Shown here: piece by piece, positions 19,648 through 27,657 of the stretch
Layout: every line of letters starts with the position of its first letter
Position numbering within the stretch: position 1 is the stretch's first letter
Assembly: GCA_964641225.1 (NCBI GenBank)
Contig: CAZXKC010000004.1
Coordinates: forward strand, 29,026-93,025
DNA length: 64,000 nucleotides
Origin: an uncultured Candidatus Saccharibacteria bacterium
GTDB taxonomy: Bacteria > Patescibacteriota > Minisyncoccia > UBA6257 > 1-14-0-10-44-23
Direction of reading: 5' to 3'
Notes under the pieces: model-generated
The model's input: the letters and a program-made list of their open reading frames with translations, nothing else
Database searches by the model: none
Told to the model about the DNA's origin: nothing
Program-made: the position numbers and the translations under genes

Positions 19648-20481
19648 CTAGAGCGAATTGATCATCTCCGATTCGACCTGAGCGCCCTTGATCAGGCCGT
19701 TTTCGATTGCTGCTTCAATACATTCCTGAGACTCCGATCCGGCGTAGTAGAGCATTCCAAGCTCGACGCCCTCCTGAGCCTTCTTGTTGTGGTCGGGTTC
19801 GCTGAGATTGTGCGCCCCGACGTAAGCATCGCCGGTAACAGATGCATATCCTGCAAACGGCATCTTCACCTCATGAACCTGTGACCGCAGGTCGTTGTCT
19901 TCATTGATGAGCACCTTCCACCACTTCGGAAAGGCACCGGCTGCAGCATGTTCGCCGCCCTGATGTGCGGCGATCGCCGAGAGCATCTCCAGACCGGTGA
20001 GTTGCTTGCCGACACCGTAGGCCTCACGGATTCCCGCGTGTGCCTTGAGGTCTGCACTGGTCAACGCAATCCTGTTGAGTGTTGTCGGATCCACCTTGAG
20101 CACCTTGCACCATGAGCGCAGCAGGACCTGTGCCAGAGTGCGATGCGACGGACTCTTACCGCCACTGCCACCGAAATCGTCATTGGTTGCAGCATTGAGT
20201 CGCACCACGATCTCAGAGCTACGATCACGCGTCCAGATGCAGGCGTCGTTCTTGTCCATGAACAAATTCGACGCTGCGATCTGACCCATCAGATGCAGCG
20301 GGCAGTGCATCGCCACGCGACTGTACTCGATGTAGCGAAGCATGAACTCGAGTACCGGCTCCCACGAAGCCTCGCTCCGGCCCAGGCGCACAGCACGCTT
20401 CCACGCACGTACGAACGCGTCACTTGCGTCGTAGCGAGCCAGAAGACTATCAAGATGAGCACGAAAACGATCGGTCATCAT
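19648..20481 (-). CDS. Hypothetical protein, with GC (about 56%) above the local background
   Basis: Start reassigned to the ATGATG preceded by a GGAAGGAGA RBS. No recognisable domain. Confidence 0.4.
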   Translation of the reverse strand: MMTDRFRAHLDSLLARYDASDAFVRAWKRAVRLGRSEASWEPVLEFMLRYIEYSRVAMHCPLHLMGQIAASNLFMDKNDACIWTRDRSSEIVVRLNAATNDDFGGSGGKSPSHRTLAQVLLRSWCKVLKVDPTTLNRIALTSADLKAHAGIREAYGVGKQLTGLEMLSAIAAHQGGEHAAAGAFPKWWKVLINEDNDLRSQVHEVKMPFAGYASVTGDAYVGAHNLSEPDHNKKAQEGVELGMLYYAGSESQECIEAAIENGLIKGAQVESEMINSL

Positions 20482-20656
20482 CAGCTGTCTCCTTCCGTTT
20501 TCACGGTTCCCAAGACTATTAGCATAGCCCCCTTCCACAAGGAGCTGGACTATAAGACGTTCAGCTCTCAAAAACCATTACAACTCATCCACACCTTGCA
20601 CCGCCACAAGCTTTTTGGTAAAATACGCTTAGCGACGTAATCGCTGAGCACCTCCT

Positions 20657-21058
20657 TTGGGAGGCGCTTATATTTTTTATTTCATCTCTATGGACTCAAC
20701 AGGAAAAAGTGTCAAAATTGTTGCATTATATGTCTTCCCGGCCATCATTCTTATCTTGATGACGGTTATTTTTATCGTCCCCGTTCCAAAGCGCACGGGA
20801 ACACTTGAAGGGCGCCTGGTCCTAAGCAGCGGCGAAACCCCTATCACCCGAACAATTGTTGTATACGAAAAAGGCTCAAGCGTAATCATTGCTAATATAC
20901 ATCCGGATGCTACTGGCTCATATTCCGTTACGCTACCGGTCAACACCTACGTTGTTGATTTGGCAAAAAACAAAACTGACCGATCAACAGATGTACCAAA
21001 AGTGATCCACATCGATCACGATGTGGTTACCCGTGTTGATATTGCCGTTACGCCCTAA
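20657..21058 (+). CDS. Membrane-anchored protein with a carboxypeptidase-regulatory-like (transthyretin-fold) domain
   Basis: TM helix followed by TGTLEGRLVL...ATGSYSVTLPVNTYVV. Confidence 0.4.
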   Translation: MGGAYIFYFISMDSTGKSVKIVALYVFPAIILILMTVIFIVPVPKRTGTLEGRLVLSSGETPITRTIVVYEKGSSVIIANIHPDATGSYSVTLPVNTYVVDLAKNKTDRSTDVPKVIHIDHDVVTRVDIAVTP

Positions 21059-21112
21059 AAACGGTAGGATACTGTAATTGGACTGCATCAGCTCCTGCGC
21101 TGATCGTCCGAA

Positions 21113-21197
21113 GGAGGGGTGGCAGAGTGGTCTAATGCACCGCACTTGAAATGCGGCGTGCCGCAAGGCACCGTGAGTTCGAATCTCACCTCCTCCG
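21113..21197 (+). tRNA. tRNA-Ser (anticodon TGA), class II
   Basis: Acceptor GGAGGGG/CTCCTCC, anticodon loop CTTGAAA, long variable arm, T-loop GTTCGAATC. Confidence 0.75.
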
Positions 21198-22790
21198 CAA
21201 GTTGAGATTCTTGTCATACCGAGCCTCCAAAGACCCCGTTCCGACGCGGGTTCTTGGAGGTTCGAATGAAGACTTGGTCTCTGGAACAGCAGCCGTGTAT
21301 TTTCTGATAAGAAACGCCGTGTTGCCGTTATCCCACTTCACTTTTTTGTCTAAGAGGCGGAGGTTCGAATCCTGCCCGAGGGCAGCGACAAATTCCCGTC
21401 GTTTTTCTGGCGTAGCCTTATCCCAGCGTTTAGCGACCTCAGTAGCGAAGACAAATCCTTCTTCGGCTTTATTAACCCAGTTCACCACCTCTGCGTTAAC
21501 CTCGTTAGCAACTTGATTAAGCCTAGCCTGGTCTTTAAGAAGCTCCTTTTTACGCTCCGCAAACTGCTTAGCATCAATCTCCTCATCAGCACGCATATCA
21601 ATGAGACGTTTGAGCCTCTGAGCACAGGCATCGTCGGCCCTACGCTGGGCGGTCAAGATTGCTTCCCGCTCACGGAATTGGTTCTCGTTTTCCTTTCTTA
21701 GTTTTGCCAAAGCCCAATCCCGGAAACGCGGAGAGATATCCATACCCTCAACAACCTCCTCGATCTGTTTTTCTAGAGCCTTCTCTTCCACGAGAGGCTG
21801 CGCACAGCGAGGTTTCAGCTGTTTAGTACAGTGATAATAGATATAGGTATGGACATTGCCGTTTTTCTGTCGTTTTATACGTTCCTCGGCAGTTATAGCT
21901 GCGCCACACGCCCCGCACCGAAGTATGCCGACATATTTAAACCAGCGTCGTTCCTGGGGCCGAGGCATACCTTTGCGGCCCAACAATTTTTGGACGCGAT
22001 CAAACTCTTCGAGGGTAACCATTGGCTTGTGATTTCCTTTATATAGCTTCCTGTTTTCTTCATTTCCATATTCAAACCACCCGTAGTAGAAGGGATTGTT
22101 AAAGAGATGGTAAATAGCTGCCCGAGAGATTGGATTACCACCACCGTTTCTTCGTAGAGGTGTTCGTAGGCCCCAATCCTTCGTAGCGATGTCGAGTACC
22201 TGCGGAGCGGTATAAGCACCAGTCAGCATGAGGTCCCATGCCTTGCGAACTAACGGGAAGATTTCCTCATCAACGAGAATCGTATTTGAACCCTTATCGC
22301 GCAGCCTGCTATTTTTATAGCCGATCGGAGCTGGCCCAGGACGCCAACCCATTCCGACCTTAGTATTCTGTCCGCGTTTTACGTTGGTGCTGAGGTCATC
22401 TACATATTTCTTGGCAATACCGAAGTCCAAGCTCATCATGAACTTGTCATCACCGTTGTTTCGGAAAACTTTCTCAGGTGTACGGATTTCCGTAATGAGG
22501 CCGCGATCCATAAACCAAGAAATTTTTCCACCATCCAACGCATTGCGTGCCAAACGGTCGAGCTTCCAAACTAGAAGTGCGCAACTTTTTTCTTTTTCGA
22601 GATAAGTGAGCATCTCTTCAAAGTGCGGGCGGCCCGGAGACTTGGCCGACTTGCTCTCCTTGAAGGTTGCACAAATCGTGAGCTTCTCGCGCCGCGCATA
22701 ACTCTTAAGTACCTCCTCTTGGGAATCTATCGAGAGAGCCTGCTTATCGTCTGATTCGGAACTTTTGCGGCAGTAGACAACGTACTTCAT
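21186..22790 (-). CDS. Large serine recombinase (integrase)
   Basis: N-terminal resolvase domain with catalytic Ser (YCRKSSESDD), a recombinase domain, a Cys4 zinc ribbon (CGACG...CTKQLKPRC) and a coiled-coil. The ORF 3' end overlaps the tRNA-Ser 3' end, so the true stop may lie earlier. Confidence 0.8.
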   Translation of the reverse strand: MKYVVYCRKSSESDDKQALSIDSQEEVLKSYARREKLTICATFKESKSAKSPGRPHFEEMLTYLEKEKSCALLVWKLDRLARNALDGGKISWFMDRGLITEIRTPEKVFRNNGDDKFMMSLDFGIAKKYVDDLSTNVKRGQNTKVGMGWRPGPAPIGYKNSRLRDKGSNTILVDEEIFPLVRKAWDLMLTGAYTAPQVLDIATKDWGLRTPLRRNGGGNPISRAAIYHLFNNPFYYGWFEYGNEENRKLYKGNHKPMVTLEEFDRVQKLLGRKGMPRPQERRWFKYVGILRCGACGAAITAEERIKRQKNGNVHTYIYYHCTKQLKPRCAQPLVEEKALEKQIEEVVEGMDISPRFRDWALAKLRKENENQFREREAILTAQRRADDACAQRLKRLIDMRADEEIDAKQFAERKKELLKDQARLNQVANEVNAEVVNWVNKAEEGFVFATEVAKRWDKATPEKRREFVAALGQDSNLRLLDKKVKWDNGNTAFLIRKYTAAVPETKSSFEPPRTRVGTGSLEARYDKNLNLRRR

Positions 22791-22972
22791 AGGGAATATT
22801 TTAATTTAACCATGCGAATTATATTTGAGACAATATCCGGTTTTCATATAGCTTCTGAGGGTCAGCGACCTACATCTTCTACATCACCCCAGACTCTCCG
22901 CGCAAACAAAGAAGCGCTGGGGTGTAGCCGCTCATAAACTAATCTACAACGTGCAGGCCTCTATATACACGC

Positions 22973-24409
22973 TCAGATTCCCAAGCTCCCGTCTACATTG
23001 CCAGGAGTGGCCGTCCTTTCTGGGTCAGGAGCTTCAGGTGTAGATGGTGTAGAGAAATAAGTGTCCCGGACAAGTTCTACCTTTGCCTTTTCGAAAAGAT
23101 ACCAATTTCCCTCCCCCTTTCGTTTCTTCTCGCTGTGCATGTTGTAATTTTTAATGCTCCACCCAACCCTGGCTGCTATCTGGTTTGAGCTCATTTTCCG
23201 ATCGAATAAATTTACGTCTAGAGCCTCAGCTATAAGTCTCGGTGAGAGCAATATCTGGGTTATGCCATCTTTGAACTGCTCAAGGATGTACGCCAAGACA
23301 GCATGGTCTAGCTCAGATGGCTCAGACTCAGCAAAGTCATACCGTGACAAGAAGCGCTTCCTTGCCTCTGGTATTTCTTCGGCTACGTTCATGGCACGGA
23401 ACATAACTTCAAAGGGCAACCATAATTCGAGTGTTCGTCCTGATATCTCTTTTTTTGCCCTATGCTCGACTTTGAGGATTGAGTAATCTATGGCTACCGA
23501 AGAGCCATGACCAATAAGGAACTTATAAAGTTTTCCCCTTAGGCCGCCCCAGATATCACTCTCCTCATCTGGGTCAAAAAAATTTTTGTGGCTCCGTAGT
23601 AGAGGAATAATCAGGCACCTATCGCGTAAGTCCTCTGGAAGGTCCTGTATCGAAGCGAATACCTTAGGCCCATAAGTGCTGTGTTCGACAATGCTCCTTT
23701 GCTTCTCTTTATCGAGCTGAATAATTCTTCGCTTACCGCCGCTACCCTTATAAGAATCAGCAAATATATCAAGCAGTTCTTCGCCACCCTTGCGCTTCAA
23801 CCCATCTGCTTGATCGACCAAGAACGTTCCTCTTAATGCATCCACCGTATCTCCAAGGGCCGCAACACTAGGCCGGCTCTTAACTGCGTTGAAGCAGAGT
23901 TGCTTCAGAAGATTCAGAAACTGGCTTTTGCCAGAGTGCTTCGGAGCCTTAACGTTTAAGAACGGATACGCCGAAAAGATAGGGTGGAAATATGTTCCCA
24001 CTATCCAAGCTGCTGCTAGTGAATAATCAACCTCCTTTTCTAGGCCGACATAGTCTTTAATCGTCTTTTTGATTTCCTCGAAAAGCTCCTTTGGCTCAGG
24101 GATGACATTTAAGCGGACGTCTGCGTATTCAGCTATGAACTGATTGAGGTCTTTGATGCTCCAGCGCTCCTGAAGCCAGATAAGCCGTCGACCCTTCTTC
24201 TCGATGAAGTATTCCTTGTCTTCGATAACCAAAGAATCTTCTGTAGCGAAGCGAATCGTTCCTTTCCATACTAGTAGAATTAAATCCTCAACCTTTCGTA
24301 ACTTTGAGTGGTAACGGAAACCTAGAACCAAAACACCGTCTTTTATATCAAGCGAAGGGTGGAGCGTTATTCCAGCGAATCCCTCAATGATATTTTTGTT
24401 TTCATCCAT
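22973..24409 (-). CDS. P-loop NTPase, replication-associated (D5/P4-primase-helicase or VirE-like; uncertain)
   Basis: Walker A APKHSGKS, Walker-B-like FLVDQAD, and a C-terminal winged-helix-like region. It sits next to the integrase, as in satellite or integrative-element replication modules. Confidence 0.4.
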   Translation of the reverse strand: MDENKNIIEGFAGITLHPSLDIKDGVLVLGFRYHSKLRKVEDLILLVWKGTIRFATEDSLVIEDKEYFIEKKGRRLIWLQERWSIKDLNQFIAEYADVRLNVIPEPKELFEEIKKTIKDYVGLEKEVDYSLAAAWIVGTYFHPIFSAYPFLNVKAPKHSGKSQFLNLLKQLCFNAVKSRPSVAALGDTVDALRGTFLVDQADGLKRKGGEELLDIFADSYKGSGGKRRIIQLDKEKQRSIVEHSTYGPKVFASIQDLPEDLRDRCLIIPLLRSHKNFFDPDEESDIWGGLRGKLYKFLIGHGSSVAIDYSILKVEHRAKKEISGRTLELWLPFEVMFRAMNVAEEIPEARKRFLSRYDFAESEPSELDHAVLAYILEQFKDGITQILLSPRLIAEALDVNLFDRKMSSNQIAARVGWSIKNYNMHSEKKRKGEGNWYLFEKAKVELVRDTYFSTPSTPEAPDPERTATPGNVDGSLGI

Positions 24410-24421
24410 AATGATGGTTAA

Positions 24422-24598
24422 TTAATTATTTTCATCAGCGCCAAGCCCGTCGACCTCGGGCATTGGATCGATAGCAAATTTTATGAGAGCAAGAAGCCTG
24501 CACGCTTCTTTGGCGGCGTGTTCATCAGTAAGCTCTACGCCTGTCTCGGCGAGATATAGCTGCTTAAAATTTTGGATTTCCTCTGTCGATAACTGCAT
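24422..24598 (-). CDS. Small ORF (58 aa) not in the ORF track, possibly an island regulator or excisionase-like protein
   Basis: Hand translation gives MQLSTEEIQNFKQLYLAETGVELTDEHAAKEACRLLALIKFAIDPMPEVDGLGADENN. It ends 13 nt before the start of the 478-aa gene. Confidence 0.2.
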   Translation of the reverse strand: MQLSTEEIQNFKQLYLAETGVELTDEHAAKEACRLLALIKFAIDPMPEVDGLGADENN

Positions 24599-24657
24599 TC
24601 ACTGACCTTATCGTTCAGACCTATATGCCTGACATCCGTTTCTTGTATGCCTGCAAA

Positions 24658-24682
24658 CTAAAAAAGCCGCTTATTCGCGGCA
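24658..24682 (-). terminator. Rho-independent terminator after the 237-aa minus-strand gene
   Basis: GCCGCGAATAAGCGGC hairpin followed by TTTTTT on the minus strand. Confidence 0.5.
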
Positions 24683-24728
24683 CATTTATTGAGGTTATTA
24701 ACAGGACAAGAGGCAGACTAAAAGAATC

Positions 24729-25442
24729 CTAGCTACTGAGTAGTATTTTGAATCCCGGATTAATCCCGTAGCCGCTGCCTCGTTTGCTCACAATTAATTT
24801 ATCCTTAACGCCTAGGTACTTTTTAAAATTCCTATTAATTTTTTGGATTTCTGCGCGTATCGTCTTTAGATTATCCTTGTTTAGAGCGGAAGCAATATCA
24901 CCCGTTAATTTAAATTCGGAGCCAACCTTAAGAAATTTAACAATTTTAAGGCGGTCAGATTTTTGACCCATTGGATAAGAATATTTATCCTTTGATTCAC
25001 GCCACAAATTGCCAAGCTTATCGATGGAAATAATTTCTCTCTTTTTCTTCAGGTTATTATTTTCTGCCTGCAGCAACTCAGATTGGTCGGAATACTTTTG
25101 ATAAAGCTTATCGAACTTTCCGTGGTTCACTACTATCAGGCAAACCCTACCACTTGCTGGCCGAGAAAAATCATTTGGTAGTCCTATGGTGACATAGTGT
25201 TCAGCAAGGTTCATCGAAAGATGTATTACACCCATTTCACTAAGCCAGAGAAGAATCCTCCGGCGCATTATGGGATGGGGCGCAGAAGGAAGATTGGTGC
25301 CGATGTCATCGAAAGGGGCGTTGTAGTCCGTCATTATGATGCCCTTATTTGGCTTAAAAGAGGCAGCAATTTTAATTGCCGTCATAACCCACGCGGTGGC
25401 CCCTTCCCGATAATGCTCGGCGTTAGTAGTGTCCATATACAC
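24729..25442 (-). CDS. Hypothetical island protein with a C-terminal winged-helix-like DNA-binding region (candidate replication initiator or primase-like)
   Basis: N-terminal region has an FDDIG acidic motif. C-terminal region KIVKFLKVGSEFKLTGDIASAL... has an HTH-like pattern. No confident family assignment. Confidence 0.3.
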   Translation of the reverse strand: MYMDTTNAEHYREGATAWVMTAIKIAASFKPNKGIIMTDYNAPFDDIGTNLPSAPHPIMRRRILLWLSEMGVIHLSMNLAEHYVTIGLPNDFSRPASGRVCLIVVNHGKFDKLYQKYSDQSELLQAENNNLKKKREIISIDKLGNLWRESKDKYSYPMGQKSDRLKIVKFLKVGSEFKLTGDIASALNKDNLKTIRAEIQKINRNFKKYLGVKDKLIVSKRGSGYGINPGFKILLSS

Positions 25443-25589
25443 TCTTTATGGACGAGTTGACAGGGTTATGTCAATAGACTCCATATCTTACTTCCAAGCT
25501 AACTCAAGAGGTGATAAAATGTGCTTACAATTTAATACGCCGCAAGGCAGAGCCTAAACCGCCAAGAAATTGACGGCATGGCTCCGAAG

Positions 25590-25700
25590 TCCAATAACGA
25601 CCATTAAGCTCCTAGTCAGAGCGTCGTTATTGGCTATCCAGGGAAACTTGGGTAGGTCCCGTAAGGGATCGCTGGCTGGGAGCTTTGTGTTTCTCAGCCC
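25590..25700 (+). ncRNA. Structured 5' leader RNA, copy 1 (candidate riboswitch or cis-regulator), upstream of the 25719 operon
   Basis: Four helices, each with compensatory changes relative to copy 2. Hairpin 1 has an invariant 21-nt loop CAUUAAGCUCCUAGUCAGAGC. Hairpin 2 has loop GGAAAC. Hairpin 3 has a GNRA tetraloop. Hairpin 4 has loop GAGCUUUGUG, complementary to the loop-1 sequence AAGCUCC (predicted pseudoknot). Confidence 0.45.
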
Positions 25701-25718
25701 AAATAAAATTAATAAACT

Positions 25719-26156
25719 ATGCCCAAGACTGAACCAGAAAATCAGGGCGATGGGGAAATTCAATGGGTTGAGGCTGGTCTGATAAAGCCAGAGGGAGAAA
25801 TTAAGCATCCTGTATTACCAGTTGATCTGGTTACAAGGATAGAACGATTCGTAAAAGTATTTGGCGAAACATATCCGCTCTCGCTTGAAAGGACAATTTA
25901 TAATTTCAAACGGGAAGCTCATCCCGGCAGCGAAGTGGAAAGATGGGAAGCGATGGCGGAGGTTTATAGAGATTACCTTGTGAAAACTGAAGGTCTCTCT
26001 GCTGACCAGAAAAAGGAACTACTTTCGATATTGCTTTTTAGTGCAAGCGCGGCCAACAGACCGGGTGGATTTAGGTATTTCGATAAGCCAGCAATTCTGA
26101 GAATCACGAAAGAGCTGGAGAGGGCCTATGCAGTAATCCAATCAAGTAGAACTTAA
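25719..26156 (+). CDS. Hypothetical protein (145 aa), first gene after leader copy 1
   Basis: ATG follows the leader element. No recognisable domain. Confidence 0.4.
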   Translation: MPKTEPENQGDGEIQWVEAGLIKPEGEIKHPVLPVDLVTRIERFVKVFGETYPLSLERTIYNFKREAHPGSEVERWEAMAEVYRDYLVKTEGLSADQKKELLSILLFSASAANRPGGFRYFDKPAILRITKELERAYAVIQSSRT

Positions 26157-26170
26157 AAACTAATCACTAT

Positions 26171-26362
26171 ATGAACATCTTACTGATAGCGATAGTAGTA
26201 CTCCTGATAGTTATAGCCACGGCAGCAGTTATTAGTGCACTTAGCCAATCGAGCTTCGAACTAAAAGAAGTCTGGGTTATATTTTTGTGGGTAGTCGTTG
26301 GGGCGGCCGCAGTGACTGGAATAACTTACTGGGCGCTGAACTTTTTTAATATAATTCATTAA
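26171..26362 (+). CDS. Small two-TM membrane protein (63 aa)
   Basis: Two hydrophobic helices, tightly spaced in an operon. Confidence 0.35.
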   Translation: MNILLIAIVVLLIVIATAAVISALSQSSFELKEVWVIFLWVVVGAAAVTGITYWALNFFNIIH

Positions 26363-26366
26363 TATC

Positions 26367-26615
26367 ATGAAAAGAATTATCTACGCGATTGTATGCGCCA
26401 CCATTATCATTTCCTCGTACTGGCTATGGCACGCGGATAGATTGCAGGTTGAAAATGCAGAATGGTGCCTTACGCAAGAGGTATATCAATACGAAGTTTG
26501 TGGAGCTAAGGCTGAGCGTGACATTCAGCGAACGGTTTATCTGAAGGTGCTGATGTTTTCGTTCCTGGTCTTCGGCTCAACCAGTTTAGTTCTTAAGGCC
26601 AGGAAAATTTCTTAG
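26367..26615 (+). CDS. Small membrane protein (82 aa)
   Basis: N- and C-terminal hydrophobic helices, tightly spaced in an operon. Confidence 0.35.
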   Translation: MKRIIYAIVCATIIISSYWLWHADRLQVENAEWCLTQEVYQYEVCGAKAERDIQRTVYLKVLMFSFLVFGSTSLVLKARKIS

Positions 26616-26624
26616 AGGCCCGTC

Positions 26625-27656
26625 TTGGTATTTCCCTTGCCTCCGGAGCCGCTTTCGCTATTGGAAGGCCATAGCAGTAGCCTCAGTTATATCGAGATAC
26701 AAGAGAAGGGCAGGAAAAGCCCGGAACCCTTTATTTACGGGGCTAAACATAGTAGTCTCAAGCTAAGATATATGGTGATACCGGGCACAAAGGGCGTAGA
26801 TACCACAGGAGTCACGGCGGGCAACACCGGGAACGAATTGTTTTATTTTTGCATATCCGACACAGAGGATTCAGGCTACCTAGAGCGATTTATCGAACAA
26901 TTAGACGCCCACATACCGTCATTTGTTTTTTCAAAGGACACCCTTGCGAATTATGAGAGGCTTTTAGCAGAGGGAAAAACTTCAAAATCCCCACTGGAGC
27001 ATGCGCGACACCTTCTGCAAAAGACCAGGGCGGGCGGAACGGCCGGATCAGGAGAGCTAGGAGAACTACTGATGTTTCTTTTCGCTAAAAACGTAAAAGG
27101 TGCGAACAAGCTGGTTTCCAAAATTCAGAGCCGGACTAGCACTACGACAACCCAACAGGGGCGCGACGGCAGCTTTATATTGCAGGATGAGCGAGGGGAA
27201 ATTTATATGCTTCTAGGAGAGGCTAAGATGCACCAAGACTCCAATGACGGCTTGAGAGAGGCGCAAACAGATATGAATGCATTTTGGGGCGATCAGGAAC
27301 GTTTGAGCCACGAGATTCGCCTGGCTTCCAGCCACCTCCGCGATGAATTAACTCCCCAGAACACCGCGGCTTATGAAGCCTATTTCATCGACGATAATCC
27401 TAGGCATCAAGAATTGAAATATAAGAGTGTTGTTTTTGTGGGATTCAACTTTCCAGCGTTTTCTGCGCTGATTCAGAAAACAGCAGATTTCAACGCATTC
27501 AGTCAGGAAGTATTAGCCGACCTAAACCGATGTTTCAATAATCAGGCCGCACACATTACTGCTTCTCCGCACCCCAACATTTATTGCTTCGTACCCTTCG
27601 AATCAGTGGAAAGCGCACGGACAGCATTCGCTAGTCGCCACTCATTAACCCACTAA
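26625..27656 (+). CDS. HamA-like (DUF1837-like) putative PD-(D/E)xK effector of a Hachiman-like system
   Basis: Immediately precedes a large SF2 DEAH helicase, with stop and start adjacent. Possible D...(E)xK motif in FILQDERGEIYMLLGEAKM. The true start may be the internal Met (MVIPGTKG). Confidence 0.4.
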   Translation: MVFPLPPEPLSLLEGHSSSLSYIEIQEKGRKSPEPFIYGAKHSSLKLRYMVIPGTKGVDTTGVTAGNTGNELFYFCISDTEDSGYLERFIEQLDAHIPSFVFSKDTLANYERLLAEGKTSKSPLEHARHLLQKTRAGGTAGSGELGELLMFLFAKNVKGANKLVSKIQSRTSTTTTQQGRDGSFILQDERGEIYMLLGEAKMHQDSNDGLREAQTDMNAFWGDQERLSHEIRLASSHLRDELTPQNTAAYEAYFIDDNPRHQELKYKSVVFVGFNFPAFSALIQKTADFNAFSQEVLADLNRCFNNQAAHITASPHPNIYCFVPFESVESARTAFASRHSLTH

Positions 27657-27657
27657 T

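Noticed and set aside
20143-20640. 165-aa plus-strand ORF, with 20045-20284
   Set aside because: It is antisense to 19648-20481, which has a strong RBS and protein-like composition.
21236-21395. tRNA T-arm-like strings (GGAGGTTCGAATG, GGCGGAGGTTCGAATCCTGCC) downstream of tRNA-Ser, inside the recombinase 3' coding region
   Set aside because: They do not complete any cloverleaf. They could be att-site remnants or coincidence within a CDS. There is not enough evidence to call a feature.
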